Shown: in pieces, positions 39,222 through 52,707 of the stretch
Numbering within the stretch: position 1 is the first letter of the stretch
Layout: each line of letters begins with the position of its first letter
NCBI GenBank assembly: GCA_026770705.1
Contig: JANJGN010000008.1
Location: 171,368,001 to 171,432,000, forward strand
Reading direction: 5' to 3'
DNA length: 64,000 nt
From: Isurus oxyrinchus
Lineage: Eukaryota
The notes under the pieces: model-generated
What the model saw: only the letters and a program-made list of their open reading frames with translations
What the model was told of the DNA's origin: nothing
Databases searched by the model: none
Translations under genes and position numbers: made by a program

Positions 39222-41290
39222 GTGAGTAGACAGAAGTTGTATATCTCCTTAATTATGTATAACACCACCTAAGTTGCTTTGCTGACTTTACTTACCCTTT
39301 TCTTCAGTTTGTGCTATTTGGTCTTGTAGCAAGGGATTGGATCTTTGCTTAGTTTTCTCTCAGACAGGTGTGAAACTTTGCTTCTTTCTTCGTCCAGTTC
39401 CTAATTCTTCTAATGTTTGGTGTTTATTGTAATTGGCATTATGATAGAGCCATGGCAGAAATGTTGCTCACTTCAAGTTGTCATAAGAATCCTGGGTAAC
39501 ACCGGTGCAGCTGATATGGGATTCTTTAACACCTGGATTTAAGTCTCTAACCTCGACTGCATGCTTGGATTTGGCAGTTTGTGTTTATACACAGGAAACA
39601 TGCATGTTGTACATGCTCTGAGGTAGTCTAACCTTTTCATTGGGCTAATTACATATTTATAACCTACAATATTCGTAAGGTGTGCAGTGTTCTTAAACAG
39701 CTCCACGCTGCTATATGCATGTGGCTCATTTCAAGGGGCATTTTGTGGGGGAGTTTTTGCAATTGTTCTGAAATGTTTTCCCCATTTCTCAATGTTGAGA
39801 GTTTGGAAAGCTAGCCTTGTGACCTGACCAGTGCAATATAGAAGTGAGCTCTGCACACTCAAATGACTACAACAAAAATTGCAGTTCATGTGGGGAAGTA
39901 GTTCGTTACTAATCAAACAAAACACACCGTCTCAAAGTAACATGACACATGTTGCCAATGATTCCTGCACTCAGAACTCCTATCTCAGTCATGTTGGACA
40001 GTGGAGACTAAACCCTTCCTCGTAGGGAAGGAAGGAAAATTAGTTTGTTACAGAGTGGTGGAAATAGGTCATCTGTCAGCTTTTCAACTGTGGAATGCTG
40101 CCCAACAAAGTAAGAGTGAAAAATACAGAAATAACTTGACCGCAAAAAATAAGTGGGATAGAATTAATTGATAGTAAATTAGAATCGTGTGCACTGTTGC
40201 ACAGTTGAAATGATGGTCAAACAGGTAAGCTGAGGAAAAACTGTTCGTTTCATCACTTTCTATTGTTTTTAAGAATGTTTTTATGGTTTACTATTTGGAT
40301 GCATAAAATCAGAGACACTGAAATATCCTTTCTCAGTCATTTTAACCAATTCAGATGCACAACCAAAAGCCAGTATTATCCAAAGTAGAGTAGAAGAAAA
40401 TTATAGACAATCATGTCAATAGATTTCAATATTGATTTTATCTTTCGTACGGTAACCCACTTTAGAATTATACTGCCTTTGACGATCATTAAGGAATGTG
40501 TGATGCTCAGCAAGGAAGTCACAAGCAGTGAGCAGAATCTGTGCTGAACCCATTAGCTGTAGCAATAGGGAGCCAAGCATATTAGCTGACTGGGATAGGG
40601 ACATATTTGACCCTCTGCCCTGGACTCTGCAGTTTGCTCTTAATCCAAACGACCAAAAGGACAGTTGCACAAATATTAGCTGAGATTTGATTTGAAAAGA
40701 AGAGCAAAAGCCAAAATAGTATCAATTAAAAAACAAAAAATAACGGACTCCTGTCTTTAGTATAAGAGGTGTCATTATCATTGATTTTTACTGTTTGGCC
40801 TAATGTCCCAGCCAGCATTGTACTCTGCACATTTTGCCAACCCTAATACATACATCGCAGTAGAGCAAAGGCTATGCGTCTGCAGTGCCATCACATCAGC
40901 ATATATAAAAACATTCTGATTTATTAGGCATGGTACAGTGGGGTGGAATCTATGACACCTGCACAGGTACAGTATCATTTTTTCCAAGTTTTCAAACAGC
41001 TATGGAATGCTGACTTTGTATATTATATCAGAAGGTCTGCAAATTGAAACTATATGGAAGTATGATGGGCCTATGACTCACGGAATGAGAGCCTTCTTCC
41101 CATAGAAATCCATTTAACTAATGGCTTCAAATATAACATTTTACCTTTTGGTCATGTTGCCTGAAATAGCTGACAATCTCACTGCACCCAGATCTTTTCA
41201 TTTTTTTGAGTTCTGTTTCTGTGTTTGTGTGCCTGCCATGTCCCATTAATAACTCTGCTGTTTGACTCATGCTTTTAGCAAATGCTGTAG

Positions 41291-41305
41291 ATGAGAAGTA
41301 CTGAG
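41291..41305 (+). CDS. Candidate 15-nt microexon (MRSTE)
   Basis: U-rich tract, tgctgtag| ATGAGAAGTACTGAG |gtttgg; phase 0, frame-preserving. Confidence 0.4.
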
Positions 41306-44300
41306 GTTTGGAATTAAATCAAGCAAGATGAGGAGAAAAGATTGAATTTTGTTAAAATCACAGTCATTACATTCCTCATTGATGTAAACATTACATTCAC
41401 TTTCCTTACTTCAGCTTGGCTGCTGTGAACATAAAGTCCCTGCAGTTTATCAATTATGCCAACTCTATAATTCACCTAATATGGTTGTATTAGAAGATAG
41501 CCTACCTATTAGTAAAAACACTTCTTTAAAAAACTTAAAATTCACTTTGCTTTATCAAAATGAGTGCAGAGTATGGACATTTTTCAGTTTGATATTTAAT
41601 ACCAATGAAAATTATGTTAATTAGTCAAAAAGATATCATGCAGCACTTAATACGATGCACACAGCAACTCTCTAGTGTCATTCCAGGAACAGTCAAAGAG
41701 CAGGTTCTCTCCCTGCATAGGTTCAGATCTTACTGACATGTCTCCTTTTATAAGTAAAATTGATTTGCATTTTTAAAAGTTAAAGATCTTCATTTTGTGC
41801 CTTATTCGGCATTTAAAGAGTCTTTAGAATAAATTAACTCTCAACATATCATGGTTTGTTACAGAGTTTATGTTACTTGTCAGAAAGGACTCATTGTTCA
41901 TTGATCCTGGTACCACTCTTCATATACAGGACTTTGATAATCCTGACATAAACCCAGTGAGGTATTGTGTAGCACTATATGATGCAATACCCCACACAAG
42001 TTAAATCATTAACATCGTTTAAAAAGTGTGATATTTATTTTCATATTTTAAAATAAAAAGATTAGTGCCTTATGATTATAGATTTAGTAATGATCCAGCT
42101 ATAGTTAATCACTACAAATTTCAAATCTTTGTAAGTATAAACTCATTATGTAAAAGTGCCACGTTATTGTGTTGCTGTATGCATTGTAGTTGCTGCTATT
42201 TTGAATGTAAGCTTAAATTTTTATATTTAATGATTAAATGCGAGCAGTTGGGTCTAAAGCAAATTCAGCTTTGCCCAGTTGGATTTGTCAGGTTCAGAAC
42301 ACTGTAGGGAATCTGCTTTTTTTCTGACTCTCCACTGAAGTCCCTTTAGGCTATGGCTCCAATCCTTTTTTGCATTTCTCCCCAGATATATCTGGTGTTG
42401 CTGACACTAGTGGGGGTAATCGCTGGCTTTTCAAAGCTCTGGCGGAAAGGTGAAAGTATTAGCAGCACGATGACAGGCAAGCTTCACGCATCACCTTCCA
42501 GCTCAAGCTTAATTAAACAGCCTCTTTTCTCTTTTTTCCTTCTTCGTTCTATCATCCCTAATGAAGCAGTCTTTTCCATCGATCCTGCTGATTGCCAGGC
42601 CTCTCCTTTTGTTTGTTGGCACTGAGCCATTCAGCTGCGGTCTGACAGCTCAGCTCTGCTAATTAGCTCTGTTGTTCTTTTCCCCCATGTTTCTCCCTGT
42701 TGCAAGTGCAGGCAAACTTGCCACAAACTTAATCCTTCTGTTCCTACCAATGGGTTCACATGCTTAAGCTGTCTCCATTGTGTGGAAGGGCAGCTTTGTC
42801 TGGGGACTGGCCCCCTCCTCAGTAAGTTCACAGACTGACCTTTCCTGACCCCTTACTTTTCTTCAGTAGCATTGGCTACACTGAGGTCATGGTTTGAACG
42901 CCCTCCCCCTCGCTGCTAAACTTTTGTTGCATTCTACACAGAGTTAAAGCCATGAATGCGTCAGTTCATTTCTTTTGTTGTTTTTAAATTATAGAACATC
43001 AGGGAATGTAGAATCGGATTTTTTTCCACAATTGAGGGAATATCGCTCGCCTATCTTTTGTGATGAAGATGGGTGTTAAAAATAACGTTGTATATTTCCT
43101 AGACATGGTGTCTGATTCGGTTTGTAACTACATAGATTGCCTATGGTTTTAAACTTCTAGCCTTGAACGGCAGTAGTCAATACAAATGACATTCAGATCA
43201 GTAAATTTGAGAATTTGACTTTCAAGCTCCTGGCACTTATTCTAAAGCATTTCCCAGGTTTCTAGTACAACAATTCCCACAAAGCAACATCTGTGGAATC
43301 TTTACTATTACTTCTTCACATTGAGCCCATTAATCAGAAATTGCTCTTAAACGGTTTTAAACCAGCTGTAATAGTTCATTTGGAAAAAAAAAACTTAACT
43401 GGAAACTGCTAAATATATTTGAAGACTGACATTATGTTCCATTTTGTGTCTCTGTCAGTAATTGATAATCCCTTTCATTATCTGGTCTTGTTCATAAATA
43501 AAAACTAGTCCAAAGCATCTGATAGGCAAAACAGCGAGGGAACAAAATGAGCCATAAAAGAAGCCAGCAACACAGCAGCTTCACACCACTGTGGTTGTGA
43601 AATCATGTTCCAACAAGGCTCATGAGTGGGACATACCACCTTGGAGGGGGGAGGGATAAAAGCAGTGCTTACCCCTTTGAGTAGCACAGTGCTATTGGTA
43701 TGAGACATTGTAAAGGAAGCAGCTGGTTGAATCCTGGATGTCTGAAGTTATGTAAAAGGACAGAAGCACATGGAGTGTTGGGGTCAGGGTGGGAGGAGTG
43801 GACAAAACTGTAAGAATAAAAGAGGCAAGCTATTTAGTGAACCATATTCAGAATAGATTTTAATCATCACAAAGTACTTGATCTATATTTTATAGACTGT
43901 AATAGTACTAAACATTGTTTACTGGCTAACAGCTATTTTATGCAGTGTTTGTACATTTTTGGCAATAATTATACCTTTGGATGCCATTTCTGAGCATGTT
44001 GCAGCCCAGCAGCACCACATGCTACTTATTAGTTTTCTTAATTGCCTTTAAATAGTAACTGTATTAGGTGATAACATCCAAAAATATTGGTTCCATGACT
44101 TTTATGCTGTAATATCAGCAGTTTAAAGCTGCTCTGTATCTCAGCTGAATCTAAATCAGCTCTCTGTATGGTGGCACTCAAATCTCTTGCATAAGCTTCT
44201 GCTCATTGAGAAATAAGATTTTGTATTGATAGACTGCTAATGGGCGTATGTATTTACAATCCCAAAATACAGATGACTGTGAATGCAAGTATTGCTCTCT

Positions 44301-45754
44301 AGTGATAGTTCCATGCCTCTCGTGTGACATCAACTTTTTTTTTCGAATGAAAAGCCCTCTTTGCTCGTGCTGTGAAGATGCATGGTCATTTTTGGTAGTT
44401 GGAATAAAGACTCTTGCTCTGGAATGAACAGCTGGTACCTTTTAACATGTGACCCTTCTGGTGCTGAGAGGCAACTGTTTTCCTGTATTTCAATTTCCTG
44501 TAATACATCTCCCACTTAATTCTGACACTTCCTGATTGGATGACCCTTGCACCACAGAGGAGTGGCAATGGGGAAGAGAAAGAAGTCACATTGAGAGGAA
44601 TGGCAGGGAATGAGAAAAGCTTGTCAGTGGGAGCCTGAACCAGGGGCAAGCAAACCAGAGTCAAATCTGCACATAGCCTCAGTGCCTTCCTGTTCACACA
44701 TTTTTAGTATCATACACTGTAGAATCTACCAGTTGCATGTAATATATTTCTCATATTGTCTACCAGGTTGCTAGATAGAAACTTTACAGTAGCTCTCTTG
44801 GGATGTCGAAGACACTGACAAGGCAATGCTTATTGCTTATCACTAGTTGTTCCATGGGCATTAAGACACCATATACGTTGAAGTCAATGTGGGCCAGATC
44901 AGGCAGGGGTGGTAGGTCCCTTGCCTGATCTTTATAACTATCTGTCAGCTTTCACGGTTTTTCTATGATAACCCACAAATTACCAGATTTATTGAAGTCA
45001 ATTTCATAACGTTAGATAGTGTAATTTAAACTTTTGACCTCTGGGTGATTACTCCAATACCGTGACCACTGGGCTACCATCTCCTTTAATTACTGGGATT
45101 GTCCCAGTTGTTGAAAGATAATATGCAATTTTAATTTACCAGAAAAGTGCAGCATGGTTTGCAGTGAGAATATTTGCAAACATAGCAATATACGGACTTG
45201 TAAAGTGATTAACCCAATTATGAACTATGAAAAATACTTTTTCATCATTCGTGTGCTGCTATATTCTTCAGTATTGATGTGTCATGGGATTCTTTGTGAA
45301 TCACATGATTGCATTGCAGAATACTTCCACTGAAAGCTGAGAATCCATTACAATAAAGGTATCTGTGGTTTGAGAGAATCGATACCCTGGGCTGACTTAA
45401 TGCCTAATCCAATCTCGGACTTCAGGTGTTGTGTATAAACTATGATACCGTGCAAACCTGTTGCTCGGGTTACAGCCTTGGGCATCATTCCCTGCTACTT
45501 ACTCATTGATTTTAGGCTTCTAAATGTGCAGCTTTTGAGCATGCACACAGCATGGTGAGCTTTATTCAAATTAGCTACTTTAACTCTTTCTGCTCATAAT
45601 GCTCAAATATTCTCTTTTACGGGGGCAGAGTATTGGTTACATGTTACAAGCTACATGAAATATTTTTTGTTCTATGTACACAAGGATCTTGCTGTCTTTT
45701 TTTCATTTGTTGGATTTGTGTCCCTGACCTGTCTTCATTTTGCCACCTGCTAAG

Positions 45755-45766
45755 TTCAAGATGCAG
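45755..45766 (+). CDS. Candidate 12-nt microexon (FKMQ)
   Basis: ccctgac branch-like site, pyrimidine tract, tgctaag| TTCAAGATGCAG |gtatct; phase 0. Confidence 0.35.
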
Positions 45767-46408
45767 GTATCTCTTGTAATGTTCCATAAATTTCATATAA
45801 ATGGTTGATTTCACTATATTTAGACACGGTTAATGAGCAATGTTGGGAGAAGTCCTTATTAACTCACATACAGATGCTATCTTAGTTCACTAGCTGATTG
45901 AACAATGTTTCCTTGAGCTGTTCTGATCAGTTCAAGACGTATGTTTGATGACCTAATAGCAGCTATTGGTTGGTAGCTGGCTTCCAATGCTTAAATAAGT
46001 TTCTTTTAGGAAGGTGTGAAACAGAATTAAAAATTTTAAATCCATTAGTTAAGGCAACATCATTATTTCACTGCACCTGGGTTTGACTTTGATACAGCCT
46101 CATGATTTTGTCCAGTCTCTACTGGGTTGACCAGGGTGTCCTTTAAAGCATAATTAGTAGCAAGTTTGACCCATAGAATGTTGACAAACTAAAACTGAAG
46201 TGATGACAAGCTCTCTGTTTGGGTTTGTTCCATAACTGCATAGCCTGTCCTCCATCTGCATACGTATATTTTCATTATTGCTTGAACTGTCTAATCTTTA
46301 CTATCCATTCTTTAACCTCTGGACACCTAGAATTGTTTTTTAGGAATAATGTCTGTAATTGTTTTTAATGCTAACAAGTTTCTTTCTGATATAAATGTAT
46401 GTACACAG

Positions 46409-46497
46409 GCACGTCCTCCAAGGCCACCAGTTAAGAAACCAAGAAGTAATGCATTGCCAGTAGAGGCTCGAATATCCTCCATTTCAAGCCCAGAACA
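46409..46497 (+). CDS. DENND1A: DENND1A internal exon (ARPPRPPVKKPRSNALPVEARISSISSPE)
   Basis: acacag|gca ... aca|gtaagt, 89 nt; aligns to recalled VRPPRPHVVKRPKSNIAVEGRRTSVPSPEQ. Confidence 0.93.
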
Positions 46498-49399
46498 GTA
46501 AGTATTGGCTGCTAGCTATAGTAGTTAAAAGTTAATATAAGAAACTGAACATTTATAACAGTTCTTACAATTCACACTTTGAACTTTCCATTTAATAACC
46601 CATTTAAACATGGCATTCTCAATTTGCAGATAATTATATGTAGCAAGCTTAGCATATTGGCCCTGCATTTAGCATATTGAATGCTTTTATTCTTGCCTAA
46701 ACTACATTGTCAGGTAACATATGGTAGGTGTGACAAGTGTTTTACTGTGTAACTTCAGTTAATATTTCCCATGTTACAATATAGAAAGAGTTGTGAGACT
46801 TGTAATATATTTCAAAGTACACCTAACCTGTTAATCTTAATTAAACAGAAACATTCTTTTAAAAACCTGAAAAGTTAAGAGTAACTTTACATATTTTGTA
46901 CCTATCTATTAAAATTAATTTTCATATGTTGCCTACTCCCATAATATGCAATAATAGCTCGTCAGATTGTCTTTTTATTGGTCTTAACCTGACAGTGTTA
47001 GCTCAGTAACCTAAGTCCAAGGGGTCCTCTCACCTATGTTAAAGAAAACATGTCTCTGCTTTTGAACCTATTTTGGTTTCACTAAACTGTGGGCATTAGA
47101 TTGACAATTGTGATTTATCATTAACTATAAACACATGTCTGAATCATTCTATTTTCTACTGGTGGTGACATCGGGGTGAATGAAGCAAACTGACAATTTG
47201 TTTGGCTTTATTCTGCATTATCAATAATGAATTAAAATAACAGAAGAGGTACTGTCATGCAGGGATGTAAAAAGATCAGTGTGTCAGACTGTGCTCTGTG
47301 TGTCAGGGAAGAACAAGAAGCAGAATTACAAGCTTGAAGTGATCTAAATTGGGACCAACAAGTTCATTTTGCAGAATTTGGTGCAATTCAAACAATTTGG
47401 GCCTTTCTATTTTTAAAATGGTGATAAATTTGAATGCAGAATGAAATATTGCTGCTTTCCTTGTAACCCACTATTGTTCCTCTCTACTATAATGTGAAAG
47501 GCAAATGGCTGCACTTTTAGGTGAAGCAACAGCACAAAGGTAAATATCACGTGAAAAATGTTGCTCAGATATTTATACCTAGTGGTTGATTGTCTAACAG
47601 AGGACATTCAATTTCTTTTGACTTAGCCTTGTTTTTTTTTTAATTTATATGGACCCAAATGTTGCTGTGCTGATGATGGCTAAACTGCCAGCATTTGCCA
47701 TCATTATTCCACTGAAACTGATAGCAACTTCTGGAGATCACCCATGTACAGAATTTGATCTAGAAGTTGCTGTCGGTGATTCCAAGCTTCTCCAGAGGGC
47801 ATCCACCCCTTCTGTCTGCCCCCAGACTACAAACATGCCAAAAAATGGAATTGCTGAGAACTTCCACTCATACACTGTTAGTCTCCTGTAAAACCCCTTG
47901 AAAAAGTTTCACCTTATTGAATGAAGTGCTAATTGAGTTTTCAATGGCATTCTAACTTCATAATTATCACTAAACACCCTCACTGGCCTTGAAAAACTAA
48001 TTCTATGTTTGTGGAGTATCAAATTTTTCCATAATGATAAAAAAAAAAATCCACATTTTAAAAAAAAGTTAACATTTATCTATCTTTATGTAAACGTCTA
48101 TCTCAATCCAATCAAAATTTATTTCACTGTCTGAAAATTTAAAGTGATGGCGGAGGTATTTAAGTGCACTTAACTTCCTGGTTTACTGATTGTGAATACC
48201 GCAGTTTGATTGGCTGCCTATATGCTTGCTGACATCAGTGCTTCTGCTCATCAACCAACATGACTTAGTGCCAGATTTAAACTTCCATTGGGACGGGGGA
48301 ACACCAGGCCACTATTTGGTGAAGTTTTCTCAATTTTGGATACCCAGTATCACCAACAAGTATTCACAGATGCAGAATAAAGCTCCCTCTCCTCTTTTTA
48401 TCAGCAATTTGGGAGGTGGTGGGTGGGTGGGTGGTGGTGGTAATGGGGGAGAGGATTAGACTTGTAGATGCGAGGTTTATGATTGCACAGGTAAGGTCTT
48501 TCCTCCAGTTGTTTTCAGCCCAAACGAGGAAGACCACCCTTTCAATGCTAGTATAGGTTCTCCAACTTTACACATTGCCCATCCTTCAAGCCTTTTTGAA
48601 TAAAATTGCAAGTTTAATTTCAAATTGTGAACCATTGCATCCTTTAGGCTGCATTCATTTGAAACTGTGATTAGACTGTTCAAATCTACTTTATATATGA
48701 CCCTTACAGCCTATTAATCTGGTCTGAATTCAAGCCCAAGTTTCAGAAGTAAAATGACTATGTCCTGAACCAATGCACCACTCAGTTTTCCTCCAAAGTC
48801 TTTCTTAAATGCATAATTTTTTTTTTTTTTTTACTTTCACATGTTATAAATATTATAACTATTATCATTTACCCACACCTTTATGCATTTGAATATTGAT
48901 TCCTCAGTGCTCTGCCCACCTTCAACTTTCACAAATCCAAGTAAGTCAAAAACTCTAGGCCTTAGTTCTTTTGGATCGTCACCTTATCCCCAAGCATTCT
49001 GGTACCTTGTGTCATCGAATCAGTTTCGGAATCTTCATTCTCATTTCCAAATCCCTGCAGAGCTTCACTCCACCTTATTTGGGAAATGCCCCATTCTATG
49101 TCCCAAGCTGCATCCAAGGATTAGTGTTCCAGGGATTAATGTTCCCCGTACTTCCTGTTTCATTATTGGAGGTCAGTCTTCCAGCACCAGTATCCTACCA
49201 CTTGAAACTACCTTTCAAAACGATTTTGCCTTGTTATTATGTTCCTGATTTCAACATCTCCCACCGCCCTCACTTTAACTACGTGTTTGATCATTTCCCT
49301 CTATTCTTCACACTGCACACCCTTCCCCACCCGTCAGATTCCTTTGACTTCAGCTCAGCACTCACATGCTTGCTTTGTTATATGATCAGGGTAATTTAT

Positions 49400-50890
49400 C
49401 AGTATTCCAGCTGAAGTATTGTGGCCAATTCTGTGCACCGTTATTTAGGTAAGATTTGAAGGCCTCAGAGTGTGTGGTACAGAATTTTACTTTAATGGTT
49501 CTGGGGAATAAATACTTCAGTTATCTGTAAAGATTAGAGATCCTGGAGTTGTTATCCCAAGAGCAGAAACAGGGGGTGATTCGATTGAGATGTTTAAAAT
49601 CATCGAGGGCTTTGATAAAATCAGGAGAAACCGTTTCCAATTGCAGAAAGGTTGTGAACCAGAATACACAAACTTAAGATAATTTGCAAAGGAACCAGAG
49701 ATGACATGAAGAAGGAAAAGGTTATGCATCAAGTTGTTTGTTCTGGAAAGCACTTTATAGAAGGGCAATGGAAGCAGATTCAGACATAACTTTAAAAAAT
49801 GTCACGGAACTACCATATTTTTCATAATATTATTGGGGGATATTGTAAGCTAGGTTTATTTGTGTGTCTGTGTGGCTGATTTAATTGGAGTTGGATAGAC
49901 TGCAAGGTTGAAATGATCAAAAGAGTTAGGTGTAAAAAGGGTATTTGAAATGCAGATGATTGAGCTAGGGTAGAAATCTCAGCAGACAACGGGTGAATGA
50001 AATTTGCATTTTAAGATATGTGGAGAAGTGTTTGGTTTTCAAAGAAACGTGATAAAGTTTTACAACTGACAGGATAAATAGGGCAAGGTTATAACATTTA
50101 TTTTTCCCAGAAGGAAAAGGCCATATTGACAACATAGAAGATTTTTATAGTATGAGAAAAGTAAATTCCAAAGACATATGGAAACAATGGGATTTACAGA
50201 TTAAAGAGGAAGAAATATATATATTTAAAGAAGGATGAAATGTTGTATCAGGAGTGGCCGTGTATGATCTAAAAGACATACCATGTGAAACAGACTTGGG
50301 CAAACAGCGTCTAGCCACATTGCAGAAGTCTGCTGTTCCAGTAACCAAAGTTTTGTTAAAAAGCCTTTGCAATTCCACTGTTGAGTGGATGCCATGGTAA
50401 CCTTGCTGGATTGCCTCTCTACATTTAAATTATATTTTGGGACTGTCGTCTTAAAAGGGGTGAGTAGTTGGGAGCCAGGTTAATTTGGAATTTTGGGATT
50501 TATTGTAATATTAAGTAACGGTGTAACTATAAACCATATGTGCTTTAATTCTTTTCTTTTGTTAATAAGTGTTTTAATTTAATTCTTAAAATCCCTAAAG
50601 GTGTTGATGGACTCGTTACTTCTGAATTCAGTGCACAACCCTTCTCATAATAAATACAAATTGCAAAACCATTGTGATAGTGTGGCCAAGCTTCCCTTGT
50701 GGGTTTGGTCAGTCTGGCAAATACCTCCTGCTGTATCATAACAAAAAGGAATTGGATAATTGGAGGAGGACAGATTTGCTGGGTTATGGGGATAACTGTT
50801 ATGGGAATGGAACTAATGGGATAGCTGGTTCAAAGAACCAGTGTAGCCCTCATGGGCCATCAGGCCGGCTTCGGATGCCATATCATTCAC
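49400..50890 (+). mobile_element. Decayed CR1 3' end interrupted by a solo LTR
   Basis: gggggtgattcgattgagatgtttaaaatcatc... continues across the LTR as aactttaaaa|aggaattggat...ggttatgggga. Confidence 0.7.
49800..50743 (+). mobile_element. Solo LTR with 4-bp TSD
   Basis: TGTCACG...CATAACA termini, aaaa on both sides, aataaa near 50650; it cleanly splits a CR1 copy. Confidence 0.8.
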
Positions 50891-51351
50891 TGATTCAATG
50901 GATGTTGGAATTGCTATGTAAATGAAAGTTTATCTTATAATCACTTAAAATGGAGAGGAGATAGATAAACTCATGATGATGATGATTTCTTTTGTCTGAT
51001 TCCCGAAAATCCTAAAAGATGGGCAAGTTAGGTGTTAATACAATTCACTTAAATGACCCTTGCCCAGTCCAGCAGATAGGGGAGGCAGGGATTTTTGTGG
51101 GGTACCAATGAATTATTAATGGAGTTCAAGCAAAATATCTGCAGTTCCGGCCATGGCTTTTAGCAGATGGGTGATTTCACTTTTGCCAAGGACCATGCGT
51201 AGACAATGCAGCCTTTAAATTCAGATTTCAGCTGTGCAAAATGCAAATTTTAGATTCTAAATCTTAACAGTCTCAAAGCCCAAGTTAGTCTAAGGATTTA
51301 TCCAGAGTCCAGGATTTAAATTCCTGTGCTGATTTAGCTTAGTCGAGATTA

Positions 51352-51480
51352 GGGCCGGGATTTTACAGCCCCATCGTGGCAGGACCCGCCACAACAGATT
51401 CAGCGACCCAGCCAAAAGCCCATTGACTTCTGGTGGGACCAGATGACCCCGGTAGCAGGCAAGGCTGGAAAATCCCACCC
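51352..51480. mobile_element. PIF/Harbinger-type MITE (counterpart at 53304-53822)
   Basis: tta-gggccgggatttt ... aaaatcccaccc-taa; GGG-start TIRs and TWA flanks. Confidence 0.8.
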
Positions 51481-52707
51481 TAAGATTTATGATGATGGTA
51501 AAGATGAATGCTGCAAAACAAAACAAAAACTTGACATTGAAAATATTACTAACTTAAAAACCCAATCAAGTAGGTCAGTTTTATCTGGAGAATGCCCCTT
51601 GTAACAAGATGAAAGTTAAACAAGACTCAAAAAAAATGTTGGGAAATCAGTGTCACTAGTTTCGTCTTAATAAATTGTGGGAATTATTTTCTTCCTTTCT
51701 CAGTACTTTTGTGTTGCATCTCATAAATCCAATGGAAAAAAACTCTACTGATTTCTGCAAATAATTTATGATATGCAGAGCAGAAATGTGCGCGATATAA
51801 TGTATCTTATATTTTTTAAGGGTTTTTTTTTGTGAAAAGCTGGCCGGTTGCAATTTCCTTCCAGTTAATGGGTAGAGTGTAGAGGGCTGAGAATATATCT
51901 GTGCAGTTGTCAATTAGAGAATGAAAGATTAAGTTGATGATTATAGTAAGCACGTATATGTAAGTCAGCCAGTGTGTAGTAGATATGAAACTGAATTATA
52001 TATTGAGACCCAGGGCAGCCTGACAAATTATTTTACAAAGTGGGTTTATTTTTGCAAAATTGTGATTCTGTATCATTCCTGATCATTCTATTTGAATTTC
52101 TTAATGCTTGAATTTATTTGGTGCACAAGTGTATTTTCTGTGATTGAAGCTAGATAATATGTCAGGTTAGACCATAATTCAGCAATAAATTCTTACTTGT
52201 TATCTCATGTTGCCGCCATCCTAGTGGCTTTATGTTTTGATCATTGCAGCAGTAAGCCATGACAATATAGACCTGTTCTTCCGAAGCACCATTGATATGT
52301 ATGAATTTAGACAGAGGACTGGACAAGACTGACAAACTGAACCCTTTATCTCTATTAACACATTTTGCCAATGAAATAAACTTACTTCTCATTAAACACA
52401 AACTGTGGCAGACACAGATGACCTGAAAAAGAGACCTGATCCAATGCAGAAAAAAGCTAAGATGAGTAATAATCCTATTTCATATTATTGGCTCTAATGC
52501 TTGCACATTTATTAACTTACTCACTTTTCATACATGCTTTCAGTAACAAGCTGCCAAGCAAAATAGAATTGTGAATAGCGTTCCCTCATATTGAAAGGTA
52601 TGGATTTGTACCCGTGTTGGACAGGCTGTGAGAGAGGCTACTCAACACAGCAGAGTAACTTTCCTGCAGAAAATGGGCACACAGCTAAACAGGTTATACT
52701 CTTTGCC

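Noticed and set aside
39364-39367. 4-nt segment between ctctcag and gtgtga
   Set aside because: Frameshifting, weak donor, no other support.
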